The position numbers and the translations under genes were made by a program. Shown here piece by piece: positions 37,005 through 46,345 of a stretch of DNA of 64,000 bases. Origin of the DNA: an uncultured Verrucomicrobiae bacterium (GTDB taxonomy: Bacteria; Verrucomicrobiota; Verrucomicrobiia; Limisphaerales; Palsa-1400). Location of the stretch: assembly GCA_963764165.1 (NCBI GenBank), contig CAVXRD010000003.1, positions 139,060-203,059 on the forward strand, given 5' to 3'. How positions within the stretch are numbered: position 1 is the stretch's first letter; each line of letters starts with the position of its first letter. Under the pieces are notes generated by a model. It saw nothing but the letters and a program-made list of their open reading frames with translations. It ran no database searches and was not told where the DNA came from.

Positions 37005-40000
37005 ATGAGCAAATATTTTGCCCTGCGTCGCGCTCCTGATATACTCGCTGCCAACAGACCCATGTTTTTTTCCGCCAATTCAAGCCAGCGGAATGGCTCG
37101 CGCGCGAGTTTGGCGCTTTCTTTGGGCGCAGGCGCCGCGCTCGTCTTTTCAACAGTTGCCAATGCGGGCGCGGACGGCGCCAATGCAATTTCGATTGCTG
37201 GCTTGCAAAAGGAGGCGGCCGGAGGGCGAATCGTCAGCTCGTTCCGGCTTGAGGGCGTCGTGTGCGCAAGCGAACGCAATTTGCTCGCCCTGCAAGACGA
37301 TTCGGCGACGGCGCTATTGGAACTGCCGCGCTCGGATGAGGGCATTCGTCCGGGCGACCGGGTTGAAATCACCTGCCAAAATTGCGCCGTCACCCGCAAT
37401 CGATTCGGCATCCAGCTTGGAACCGCCCCGGTCGTCAATGACGATGGGCATCATGGTCCAATCACAAAGTCAGGCGAGGTCTATCTTCGAGAGGGAATGG
37501 AACCATTTCGGTTAACGTGGTTCAATGGAGTTGAACCTTCCGTGTTGAAAGCGGAGTACGAAGGGCCGAATATTCCCCGGCAAGTCATTCCCTCTGCGAT
37601 CCTCTATCGCAAGGGCGAAAACTCAAAATTTGCCCCTGGCCTCGAATACAATGTGTATACAGCTCCGAATTGGGGAGACGTTTTGCCGGATTTCAGCCGC
37701 ATTCAACCAGTAGCGCACGGCATTGCAAGCAACGGGATCGACTTGAGCTATCGAACGCGCCCCGAAAATGTCGGTCTCATCTTCGATGGGTTTATCAAAA
37801 TCCCGGTGCCCGGCCTCTACACGTTCTACGTCACTTCGGACGATGGATCTTATGTTTATGCGGGCGACCCGGCCTCTGCCTGCCACGTGGCCGTGGTCTC
37901 GCATCAGGACCAGCCGGCTCCGCGCTCCTTTCAAGACACGCTGCTTGGAGGCAGAAGCAATCAATGGACTCGATTGGAGGGCCGGATCACTTTCGTGGGC
38001 TCGGACCCGGACCTTGGCCAGCTTAAACTTGACGTCGCAGGCCTGGGGGCTTCGGCCCAGGTCGAGATTTTTGGGGCCTCTCATCTGCATTCGCCAGATT
38101 TGTTGGGAGCGCAGGTGGAGATTTGCGGCGTGGTCGCCGACCTGCCGGATTCGGAAGCCGGACAAAAAGCGCGGCTGGTCATCCCTTCGGTCCATCAGCT
38201 TAAGATGCTACCCGCGGAGAAGGCAGGCACGAGCGAAACATTGACTACGGCCAGGGAAGTCCGCGATTTGACTCCTGAGAAGGCGCGCCAGCGCCTCTGC
38301 GCGGATCTAAAGGGCGTGGTGACTTGGTGCTCGCCCCGCGCGCTCGTTTTGCAAGACGCCACCGGCGGCGTTTACGCGTTATTTTCGACCGACGACTGGA
38401 CGCGGCAGCCGAGGGTGGGGGAATTTTGGGAAATTACCGGCCCGACAGATGCGGGGGATTTCTCGCCCATCATTTCGCCCGCCGCTGGAAAATTTCTCCG
38501 CAACGCGGCTCTTCCCGAACCGATTCGACCGACATGGGAGCAGGTGCTCAATGGCAGCCTGGATGCCGAGTACGTGGAACTGCGCGGCGCCCTAACCGAG
38601 GTGAAAGCAAATTCTCTGACCCTGCTGACATCCGAAGGAAAAATTCTCATCCAGCAATCGGATGACCGTCCGCTGCCCTACTTGCCTGAATTGCCCAAGG
38701 GCGAGTCTTATCTGGACAGCATCGTCCGCATCCGCGGCTGTTTTACCGCTCATTGGGACGACAACACACGCCTGGTTCATCCCGGTTATGCGTTTCTGAG
38801 TCCCGGCACAGTTGAAGTCGAGGAGTTCGCCCCAAAAAATCCATTTGCCATCCCTGCCAAGAAAATGGCCGACTTGCTGCGTTTCGATCCGAACCTTAAT
38901 GTATTGAGGCGAACGAAAGTCCGCGGGCAGGTCGTGCTGGCCACTTGCGATCAATATTTTTTGCAGGACGAATCGACGGGGTTGCGGGTTCGAAGCAAGG
39001 TGCCGGTGGCATTGTCCCCGGGCGACACCGTCGAAGCAGTGGGGTTCGCGCAGATTGGCGGGCCATCCCCTGTATTGCAGGAAGCGCAGCTTCGAGTTCT
39101 GGGCAAAGCTCCGCTGCCGGCTCCCGCCAGCGTGGCTGGAGCTGAGTTGCGAAATCCACGGCGTGATTCGACCCGCATCCAAACTGTGGCGACCCTTCTC
39201 GGCGTCCGGCCCGAACGCGAAGGGAAGATGCTCGAATTGCAGGCCGGGCAAAATCATTTTGTCGCGCACCTGCCGCACGTTCACGCGGCGGAATCGCCTC
39301 TGGCCGGGAGCATCGTTCGATTGACAGGAGTCTGCGTCAGCCAGGCGGATCAAAAATTCACCAGCAACCCCGATGCCTTCGATCTGTGGTTGAATAGCGA
39401 GGCTGATATTGAGGTGCTGCAAAGCCCGCCGTTTTGGAATCCGAATCGCGCTCTTGCCATCGTGGAGGTTCTTTCCGCGGTCTTGGGAGTTGCCGCCATT
39501 TGGATCGCTTTGCTCCGGCGCAAAGTCGAGCAGCGAACCGCCGAGCTTGAAAAGCAGATTGAAGAACGCCAGGCAGTTGAACAGAGGCGCGCCATGGAAC
39601 TGGAGCGGGCGCGCGTCGCGCAAGATCTGCACGATGAATTGGGAGCGGGGCTGACGGAGGTTGGCTTGCTGGGCGACCTCGTTAAGAACCCGGTTTTGCC
39701 CGGGGCTGAAAAACAAGTGTATTTGGGCCAGTTGACGGAAATTGCCCGCTCGCTGGTGACATCGCTGGATGCGATCGTTTGGGCCATCAATCCCCGTTAC
39801 GATTCCGTGGCTTCGCTGGCCAGTTATTACACGCTCTTCGCGCAGCGGTTCTTGAATCTGGCTGGCATCGCCTGCCGGCCCAATATCCCGGCGGATTTCG
39901 CCGAATGCCCGCTGAACACCAAAGGGCGGCATGGCCTGTTCCTGGCCTTCAAGGAGGCGCTGAACAACGTCGTGCGCCACGCCGGGGCGACTGAAGTTCA

Positions 40001-40211
40001 CTTGACAATCCAAATGCAGGAAGGCGATTTGGTTATCCTGATAGCGGACAACGGCTGCGGCATCACATTTACGGAAGCCCCCGGCGCGGAGGGATTGCAA
40101 GGAATGCGGCAGCGCCTGGAACAGTTGGGCGGCCATTGCGAAATTCGCACCCGTCCCGGCGAAGGCACTGAAGTTGAAATGCGCCTGCCTGTTGGAAAAT
40201 TAGTCCCATGA
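37005..40211 (+). CDS. Sensor histidine kinase with PA14 and repeated OB-like extracellular modules; start uncertain
   Basis: PA14 motif GLYTFYVTSDDGS; repeated GVVT..LQDATGG and GQVV..LQDESTGL modules; TM; ERARVAQDLHDELGAGL; KEALNNVVRHA; DNGCG. Confidence 0.88.
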   Translation: MSKYFALRRAPDILAANRPMFFSANSSQRNGSRASLALSLGAGAALVFSTVANAGADGANAISIAGLQKEAAGGRIVSSFRLEGVVCASERNLLALQDDSATALLELPRSDEGIRPGDRVEITCQNCAVTRNRFGIQLGTAPVVNDDGHHGPITKSGEVYLREGMEPFRLTWFNGVEPSVLKAEYEGPNIPRQVIPSAILYRKGENSKFAPGLEYNVYTAPNWGDVLPDFSRIQPVAHGIASNGIDLSYRTRPENVGLIFDGFIKIPVPGLYTFYVTSDDGSYVYAGDPASACHVAVVSHQDQPAPRSFQDTLLGGRSNQWTRLEGRITFVGSDPDLGQLKLDVAGLGASAQVEIFGASHLHSPDLLGAQVEICGVVADLPDSEAGQKARLVIPSVHQLKMLPAEKAGTSETLTTAREVRDLTPEKARQRLCADLKGVVTWCSPRALVLQDATGGVYALFSTDDWTRQPRVGEFWEITGPTDAGDFSPIISPAAGKFLRNAALPEPIRPTWEQVLNGSLDAEYVELRGALTEVKANSLTLLTSEGKILIQQSDDRPLPYLPELPKGESYLDSIVRIRGCFTAHWDDNTRLVHPGYAFLSPGTVEVEEFAPKNPFAIPAKKMADLLRFDPNLNVLRRTKVRGQVVLATCDQYFLQDESTGLRVRSKVPVALSPGDTVEAVGFAQIGGPSPVLQEAQLRVLGKAPLPAPASVAGAELRNPRRDSTRIQTVATLLGVRPEREGKMLELQAGQNHFVAHLPHVHAAESPLAGSIVRLTGVCVSQADQKFTSNPDAFDLWLNSEADIEVLQSPPFWNPNRALAIVEVLSAVLGVAAIWIALLRRKVEQRTAELEKQIEERQAVEQRRAMELERARVAQDLHDELGAGLTEVGLLGDLVKNPVLPGAEKQVYLGQLTEIARSLVTSLDAIVWAINPRYDSVASLASYYTLFAQRFLNLAGIACRPNIPADFAECPLNTKGRHGLFLAFKEALNNVVRHAGATEVHLTIQMQEGDLVILIADNGCGITFTEAPGAEGLQGMRQRLEQLGGHCEIRTRPGEGTEVEMRLPVGKLVP

Positions 40212-40834
40212 TACCCGTTGCCATAGTCGAGGATCACAAGACCACCCGCCAAGCCTTCGAGCGGATTATAAATCTTTCATCGGATTGCCATTGCGCTTGC
40301 GCGTGCGGCAGCGCGGAGGACGCGCTGCGCGTCATCCCAGCCCACCAACCCGATGTGGTGCTGATGGACATCAAGCTGCCGAAGATGTCGGGCGTGGACT
40401 GCGTGGCGCGCCTGAAGGAGTTCCTGCCTGGAGCCCAGGTCATCATGGTTACGGTTTACGAGGATCCGGACACGATTTTCCGGGCGTTGCGCGCGGGGGC
40501 CAGCGGCTATGTCTTGAAACGCGCCTCGGCAGACACACTTCTTGACTCCATTCGAGAGGTCAAACGAGGCGGCGTGCCGATGAGTGTCGAGATCGCCCGC
40601 AAGGTCATCGCGTATTTTCAGGGCGAGGCCACCGCCACCAAGGAAGCGGAAAAGCTAACCAGCCGGGAACGTGAAGTGCTGGACTTGGTGGCACAGGGCT
40701 TTTCCAACAAGGAAATCGCAGATCGCCTGAAAGTCACGGTAGACGGTGTGCTCTTCCACCTCAAACGCGTCTATCAGAAACTGCACGTGCATTCGCGCAC
40801 GCAAGCCATTCGGAAGCTTCGCCCCGGGGGGTAA
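40208..40834 (+). CDS. NarL/LuxR-family response regulator
   Basis: VAIVEDH, DVVLMDIKLP, GASGYVLK, LTSREREVL..SNKEIA; ATGA overlap with the kinase. Confidence 0.93.
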   Translation: MIPVAIVEDHKTTRQAFERIINLSSDCHCACACGSAEDALRVIPAHQPDVVLMDIKLPKMSGVDCVARLKEFLPGAQVIMVTVYEDPDTIFRALRAGASGYVLKRASADTLLDSIREVKRGGVPMSVEIARKVIAYFQGEATATKEAEKLTSREREVLDLVAQGFSNKEIADRLKVTVDGVLFHLKRVYQKLHVHSRTQAIRKLRPGG

Positions 40835-40918
40835 ACCGCAGGGCAGGGGGGCGGTTTGAATCAACCTCCGTCCAAAACCCAGGTGCAAAAAGGGCGGCTC
40901 TCCTTGTCGCGAAAACCA

Positions 40919-40948
40919 AGGGTGCAATAGGGTGCAATAGGGTGCAAT
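40919..40948. repeat. Tandem repeat (AGGGTGCAAT)x3
   Basis: Three perfect 10-mers; partial copy AGGTGCAAA at about 40881. Confidence 0.9.
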
Positions 40949-41229
40949 GACCCGATTACGATTTATTGAGTTGGTATGAGAGGAAGCTTGGCGCGTGCCT
41001 GATTGAGGCATTGAGTATGCATAATATATATAATCTCAAAAAACCCGCTACACCCGCTACATCGTTGAGCATCAACCAGATAACTCGCTACAAAAATGGC
41101 TACAAGGCCGCAACAAACCCGCTACATTCATTATTTCAAAGAACACGCCCTGGCGGCGGCAGGGAGAAACATAAGGCCGAAAGGCCCATTTTGTCAATTA
41201 TGATTGCAATTGCACGCTTCTGTGGAATT

Positions 41230-41311
41230 ATGGAGAATGACGAACCCAAGGCCGCGTAAAAGCCTGCCAGCGATCTATGTCCTGGGCTCGAACGACAACA
41301 AGGCTCAACAT
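41230..41311 (-). pseudogene. Fragment of a VOC/glyoxalase-like gene
   Basis: MLSLVVVRAQDIDR, then a frameshift, then LAGFYAALG; resembles the N-terminal beta-alpha unit of VOC proteins. Confidence 0.45.
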
Positions 41312-41319
41312 GAATCAAT

Positions 41320-41823
41320 TTATCCTTTCGATTTTGAAAGAGAGATTGGAACGTCAGCGTCCTCAAAATGCGCCCGCACTTCCAGTTTGCCGCCGAGTGC
41401 TTGAATTGTTGCTGCGAGAGTGCTCAGTTTAACCTCTCCGCGTTTTTCAAACCGGGAAATGGCCGGTTGTTTCACACCCGCCTTTTTCGCGAGCGCGACT
41501 TGGGAGTGCCCATACAATTCTCGAATTTCCTTCAATCCCAAGTGGATGGCGTTGCCGTTGCTTGTGGCCATCAACTGCGCCAACCGTTGGACTGCGCGCT
41601 CAGGAGTCCGATAAATCTCGGCGGGGCCTTCCCCGTATCCAGCAGCATGATGAAAAAGGCCAAACCCCCTTCCGGGGCGAAATTCCAATGTATGGCTCTT
41701 TTTGCCCATGCTTACGTCAATCCACCAGTTCCCGCCGGCACGATCAGGGGCATCCACGACAACCGCGCAACTTGGCAGCCGCTGATCAAGCAGCTTTTTA
41801 AGACGTTCAATCATTTTTTCCAT
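41320..41823 (-). CDS. XRE-family HTH protein (HigA-like C-terminus) with an unknown N-terminal domain
   Basis: LKEIRELYGHSQVALAKKAGVKQPAISRFE..LSTL..IQALGGKLEVRAHF. Likely start MEKM at 41823. Confidence 0.8.
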   Translation of the reverse strand: MEKMIERLKKLLDQRLPSCAVVVDAPDRAGGNWWIDVSMGKKSHTLEFRPGRGFGLFHHAAGYGEGPAEIYRTPERAVQRLAQLMATSNGNAIHLGLKEIRELYGHSQVALAKKAGVKQPAISRFEKRGEVKLSTLAATIQALGGKLEVRAHFEDADVPISLSKSKG

Positions 41824-41905
41824 ATTACACAGACAGAATATACCCTGCATGGAATATGCGTCAAGCGAGATCATGTGAAATCGCGTGATGTCATAAATTG
41901 ACATT

Positions 41906-42385
41906 TTGGCCCAAACTGATTACAATGATTACGATGATGTGGGAGATCGCTTTATGACGCGCAGCAGCATGGTGACAAGCCGCCTTGAGCCGGAGCAGCA
42001 TGAGCGCCTTGTGCGAAAGGCCAGGCAAATGGGCCGCTCGCCAAGCGAAACTGGAGCGCTTCTCATCGAAGAAGGGCTTCGCCGGGATGAATTTGCGTTC
42101 ATTGATTTCCGCGACTCGCCAACCGGGCGCCGAGCGTATGTCCAAGGCTCAACGCTGGCTGTTTGGGAAGTGGCATGGATTGCGCGCGGTTACAAAAGCG
42201 ACGCCGCGAAAACCGCCTCGCATTTAGGCATGACGCCTCTCAAGGTAATGGCGGCTCTAAACTATTCGAAGGCTTTTCCCGATGAAATTGACGAAGCGAT
42301 AAGAGAGCATGACGCTTCTGACTTTGAGTCGCTTTCCCGCATGGTGCCGCAAGCGGAAATCTTTCCACCGGCAAAAAGGCGATGA
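41906..42385 (+). CDS. RHH-like plus DUF433-like antitoxin (start probably 41955)
   Basis: SRLEPEQHERL..ARQMGRSPSE..LIEEGLR; GRRAYVQGSTLAVWEV; VMAALNYSKAFPDEID. Confidence 0.75.
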   Translation: MAQTDYNDYDDVGDRFMTRSSMVTSRLEPEQHERLVRKARQMGRSPSETGALLIEEGLRRDEFAFIDFRDSPTGRRAYVQGSTLAVWEVAWIARGYKSDAAKTASHLGMTPLKVMAALNYSKAFPDEIDEAIREHDASDFESLSRMVPQAEIFPPAKRR

Positions 42386-42388
42386 CGT

Positions 42389-42772
42389 TTGCGCCCGCTC
42401 CGCTTCTTAACCGATGAGCACATTTCCCCTGTCGTAGCGCGGGAAGCGAGGCGGAAATGCCCCGGCATTTTCATCATTTCCATTCACGAGTGGCGGGAAG
42501 GCGCTTTTCTTGGCTCGCAGGACCAAGTGTTTTTGCCCGAAGCGTCAAAGGAGGGGCTTGCCTTTGTGTCGTATGATCAAAAAACCATCCGGCCACTCTT
42601 AAAGAGTTGGGCCGAGGCGGGAACGGATCACGCGGGATTTGTGTTTGTCGACGAAAAGACAATCGCGCCGCAAAATTTTGGCCGTCTCGTGAAGTCGCTC
42701 TGCGACCTTTGGCGAAGTGAAAAGCGGGCATCGTGGGAAAACCGGGTCGTCTATCTGGTCTCACCCGAATAA
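42389..42772 (+). CDS. DUF5615 PIN-like toxin
   Basis: RFLTDEHI, SQDQVFL..A, FVSYDQKTI, HAGFVFV; directly follows the antitoxin. Confidence 0.78.
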   Translation: MRPLRFLTDEHISPVVAREARRKCPGIFIISIHEWREGAFLGSQDQVFLPEASKEGLAFVSYDQKTIRPLLKSWAEAGTDHAGFVFVDEKTIAPQNFGRLVKSLCDLWRSEKRASWENRVVYLVSPE

Positions 42773-42911
42773 ATTATTGCCGGCAAAAATCTTCCTTGGA
42801 AAAGGGCAACGGGTCTTCCCGATTGAGTCAACTCGTCAGCCCTCACTTTTGCGCTTTGGTTTTGGCGGTGGGTGCCGGATGTGAGAGGCATTACCACATG
42901 TCCCGTCAACC

Positions 42912-43045
42912 CGACGGTTGCGGGCGAGACGACGATGACGCTGGCCTGGACCGCTCAGCGTCTGCACATGGGCAGTTGGAGCCATGTGTCGAATCTTTTG
43001 CAAAAACAAAAAGTGCAAAAAGTGAGGAAATCGGAATGACACCGG
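42912..43045 (+). pseudogene. C-terminal remnant of a REP-associated tyrosine transposase (RAYT)-like gene
   Basis: Reads RRLR, then a 1-nt deletion, then ETTMTLAWTAQRLHMGSWSHVSNLL. I recognise this as the C-terminal HTH of Y1/RAYT-type transposases; not confirmed by search. Confidence 0.55.
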
Positions 43046-43128
43046 AACCGAAATGATGACACCGAAATCGGATTGATTTCGTTGTCGTTTTTAAGCACTG
43101 TTCCGGCAGCAGATTTGCTTTTGAAACA

Positions 43129-43341
43129 ATGAATCGTCAATTTACCGCAATCATCAAACAGGACGGGGATTGGTGGATTGGCTGGGTGGAGGAAATTCCC
43201 GGTGTTAATTGCCAGGGGAAGACCCGCGCGGAGCTTCAAGAAAACTTGCGCTCCGCGTTAAAAGAGGCGCTAGAGTTTAATCGCGACGATGCCCTCGCCG
43301 CTGCGCAGGAAGGATTCGAGGAGGAAGCCATCGTTTTATGA
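43129..43341 (+). CDS. hicB: HicB-family antitoxin
   Basis: FTAIIKQDGDWWIGWVEEIPGVNCQGKTRAELQENL..AL. Confidence 0.88.
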   Translation: MNRQFTAIIKQDGDWWIGWVEEIPGVNCQGKTRAELQENLRSALKEALEFNRDDALAAAQEGFEEEAIVL

Positions 43342-43523
43342 AACGGCGGGAACTCGTCCGCCATCTTGCGACCCACGTGTGCGTGCTAATTCGCGAAGGC
43401 AGCGACCACTCATGGTGGGGCAATCCGGTTTCAAATCGGCGCTCTGCTGTGTCCAGGCCCTCAGAGATCAATAAATTTCTTGCGCTATAGATTTGCCGCG
43501 ATTTCGGCATACCAGTGCCATAA
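43338..43523 (+). pseudogene. hicA: HicA toxin pseudogene with an internal TAG at 43488
   Basis: MKRRELVRHL..LIREGSDHSWW..SAVSRPSEINKFLAL*ICRDFGIPVP*; ATGA overlap with hicB. Confidence 0.8.
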
Positions 43524-43753
43524 GAAAATTCTCCCGCGCCTTGTCTGCCATAGACTTGGCGAAGGGGGGAATGCCCTTTCTTATCCACAAGGCCCTCTCC
43601 AAAGCCTATCAACTACTCAATAAACCGGGCCACCTTTTCCAGGAAGTTTCCCATCGCAGCCGCTGCCGCAAAACCACCCGAAAAGTGTCAAGAGGAATAC
43701 ATGCCCCTTATCTAAGCGCCATTCTCCCTTCGGGATTTCCGGAAAATCTCTTA

Positions 43754-43940
43754 GCCCGAACCATGCAGTTCATTTCACTGGGAGCACACCCGCCCTCGGG
43801 TGTGGACGACTGGCGCCTCGCCAGTCGCCAGTGGGAAATTCTTCGAACCAAGCGGTTCAGGCTTTGAATGTGTTCCGCGAGGGCGCGGAACACTGCACGC
43901 GAGGCGCGTGCGCTCCCCAAACCATCTGCATAGTTCCGGC
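43754..43940. mobile_element. MITE copy 2 (187 bp) with TTA target duplication
   Basis: TTA|GCCCGAACCATGCAGTT ... ATCTGCATAGTTCCGGC|TTA, with internal GGGAGCACAC..GTGCGCTCCCC. Confidence 0.75.
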
Positions 43941-44009
43941 TTAGAGCGGGGCATCAGAGGGATTATCGCATTCCACTGAAAACGTCGATAGACCCTTTCT
44001 AACGGTCTG

Positions 44010-46037
44010 CTAGGGTGCCAGTCTCAGCCGGAAAAATGCCGGACCCTGCGCGGGCACCGTGACTGCATGCTGCGCTCGATTGAGATCAACCGGCGGCGAC
44101 GCGACCAAGGACCAAGGCCCGGTGACGCTGGGGGCGGTTTCCAGCAATGCCCCCATCAGCGGCAACGGCCACGCCACCGTCATCTGGCCACCCGGAGCCG
44201 GAACCAGGGTGAGTTGCGCGGGCGCGCCTGTGACCACCACTCGGGCGGGTTTGGACCACCCGCGCGAATTGGCCGGATTCACCGCGTTGGCGGAGAACGA
44301 CCATGTGCCCGTCGTCAAATTGGAAACCGTCATTGAGTAAGGCGGACTAAACACCGCACCGAGGAGATTCGTGCCCTGCCAAAATTCCACCCACTGGATT
44401 CCTTGCGGGTCGCTGGCGGTCGCGGCCAGGGTCACGGACGCAGGCGCGGTCAGCGTGGTCAAATCCGCCGGGCTCACCAGCACCGACTGTGGCGGCGTGG
44501 CGGCGACGCCGTTCACATCCAGCAGAACCGTCGCCGCGCTGGAGACTGCCTGGCCGTCACTCACCGTAAACTGGAAAGACTCGGAACCGGTGAAGCCGGC
44601 CAGCGGCGTGTAAGACAAATTCGGCGGCGTTCCGGTCAAAACGCCATACCTGGGTTGCGTAACCAACGTGAACTGCAGCGCGTCGTGATCAGCGTCAAAG
44701 CCCGTCAGCGTCAGGTTCATGGGTGTGTTTAGCGTCCCGGCGAAATTTGCGGGCAGCGCGCTCGGCGGATGATTCGTGACCGGCTGCGGCGTGGTGTCAA
44801 AGGAGTAAATCGTCCCGCCCGAGACGCCGGCCCACACCGTGTTGCCATGGGCGGTGATGATGCCTCCCGCGATGACCGCATTCGAAAGGGCGGGTGGCAG
44901 TTGATTGGTCAGCCCGCTGATCCCGGTGTTGAACTGGCTCCAATTCATGCCGTCCGCCGACCGGTATATGCCGCCGGTCCGGGCATAATTCTGGTTCATG
45001 TAAGTAAAAGAAATTCCCGACGCGGTCGTCACCACAACTCCCGGGGCCGGCGTCGCTGGCAGTCCGAAATCCGCCTTGAAATACGTTCCGTCGCCGGGCC
45101 GGTAGCCGATTAATTGAACACCCGCCCAATTCGCCGAACCCGGGAAAACCATGCTGAACTCGGCGTTGTTGCAGACAACATTGCCAAACCGGTCAAAGCC
45201 TGCGGCCCCGGCATTGCCGATCCGCCCCAGCGGATTGAGCGTGGCGGCGTTGGTGAAGTCCGGATCCAGGCTTGTCCATGAAAGCCCATTGTTGGCCGTG
45301 TGCAGAAACCCGCCCGTCTCCGAGCCGACCACTACATCCCCGCCGGGCGCGACGGCAACGCCGAAGATTTTTCCAAAGTAAGTTTCGCCGTTGATCAGCG
45401 GAAAATAATCGGCCGGCACCGAGGCGTCGATGTCGAAGGCCTGATAGCTCCGCCCGCCGTCTGTGCTGCGGTAGACGTAGGAGGCGAACCCCGAAGTCGT
45501 CCACAGCGAGCCATCCGGCGCATTGGCAAAATTGCCGGCATAAGCCGTGTAGGGGTAGGTCTGGCCCGTCACCGCCGCTGGCTGCCACTGGCTGGCATTC
45601 TCGTCCCAATAATAAAACACCGGGATGGCGTTCGGCACCCCGGTATAGGCATAAATGCTGTTGTTGATGACATTAACCGGGCTGCCGGAAATGACCGGGA
45701 CACCCTGCGGGGAAACGCCCACGTTCCATAACGCAAAACCGTTGCTGTTCGCCGCCGACCAACCCGGAAACCCCGTCATCGGCATGGCCGAAAACACGTG
45801 GTCCGTGAGCGCCGCCCGATAAACCCCGTTGAACGTCGTGGCGTAGTAAAGATTCGTGCCATCCGTGGCCAGCCGGGCAAACCCGGCCGCCACGCCCGAA
45901 GTGTTCGTCACCGTCGCCTTGCCCCAGTTCGTCCAAGTGTCCGCCCCCGCGCCAGCCGCATATGCCAGCCAGACGCCCGCCGCCAGCGCCCCTGTCCGCT
46001 GCGCTTTCATCCATCGACCGACAATGCCATTTTTCAT
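44010..46037 (-). CDS. Secreted Asp-box beta-propeller protein with Ig-like domains and a conserved C-terminal domain
   Basis: Signal peptide; Asp-boxes STDGGRSY, TANNGLSW and SADGMNW; GFDADHDALQF..P..G.LTG..YTP..F.G..SF Ig module. Confidence 0.78.
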   Translation of the reverse strand: MKNGIVGRWMKAQRTGALAAGVWLAYAAGAGADTWTNWGKATVTNTSGVAAGFARLATDGTNLYYATTFNGVYRAALTDHVFSAMPMTGFPGWSAANSNGFALWNVGVSPQGVPVISGSPVNVINNSIYAYTGVPNAIPVFYYWDENASQWQPAAVTGQTYPYTAYAGNFANAPDGSLWTTSGFASYVYRSTDGGRSYQAFDIDASVPADYFPLINGETYFGKIFGVAVAPGGDVVVGSETGGFLHTANNGLSWTSLDPDFTNAATLNPLGRIGNAGAAGFDRFGNVVCNNAEFSMVFPGSANWAGVQLIGYRPGDGTYFKADFGLPATPAPGVVVTTASGISFTYMNQNYARTGGIYRSADGMNWSQFNTGISGLTNQLPPALSNAVIAGGIITAHGNTVWAGVSGGTIYSFDTTPQPVTNHPPSALPANFAGTLNTPMNLTLTGFDADHDALQFTLVTQPRYGVLTGTPPNLSYTPLAGFTGSESFQFTVSDGQAVSSAATVLLDVNGVAATPPQSVLVSPADLTTLTAPASVTLAATASDPQGIQWVEFWQGTNLLGAVFSPPYSMTVSNLTTGTWSFSANAVNPANSRGWSKPARVVVTGAPAQLTLVPAPGGQMTVAWPLPLMGALLETAPSVTGPWSLVASPPVDLNRAQHAVTVPAQGPAFFRLRLAP

Positions 46038-46345
46038 TTATTATGCCTTCACCAATGCGCCCGGACTTGCGGCTTAGTTATCCAGCCGACCTTTTGATGG
46101 AAGCCGGTGGATGGCCAGTTAAACCTGTTGAAGCTGCGGACGGCAATACGCCGTGGGACGTATCCTCTCGAATGGGTTCGTCGTTGCGGTGTCCGCCCTC
46201 ACTTTCTGCATTTTGGTTTCGACCTGGGATGGCGGGTGTGAGAAGGTGGCATCAGCAGCGTCGGAAAAAGCGGCTGCTGCAGTTTGCGTGGAAGACTACA
46301 AGATTTGGTAGCTGTAGGCGGCAGCGCAAAGCTGGTAAAAAAGGA

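Noticed and set aside
34662-40136. Long antisense ORFs 34662..36095 and 38592..40136
   Set aside because: Both lie fully opposite well-supported genes and have no domain signal.
40919-41145. Possible CRISPR or mini-array
   Set aside because: The units are 6-10 bp with no unique spacers of regular length, and there are no cas genes.
41320-43940. Integron cassette array
   Set aside because: The genes are in mixed orientation, and I saw no convincing RYYYAAC..GTTRRRY attC sites and no intI.
45962-46345. 128 extra N-terminal residues on the giant ORF
   Set aside because: They overlap the divergent gene start and promoter region. The signal-peptide-like segment begins only after 46346.
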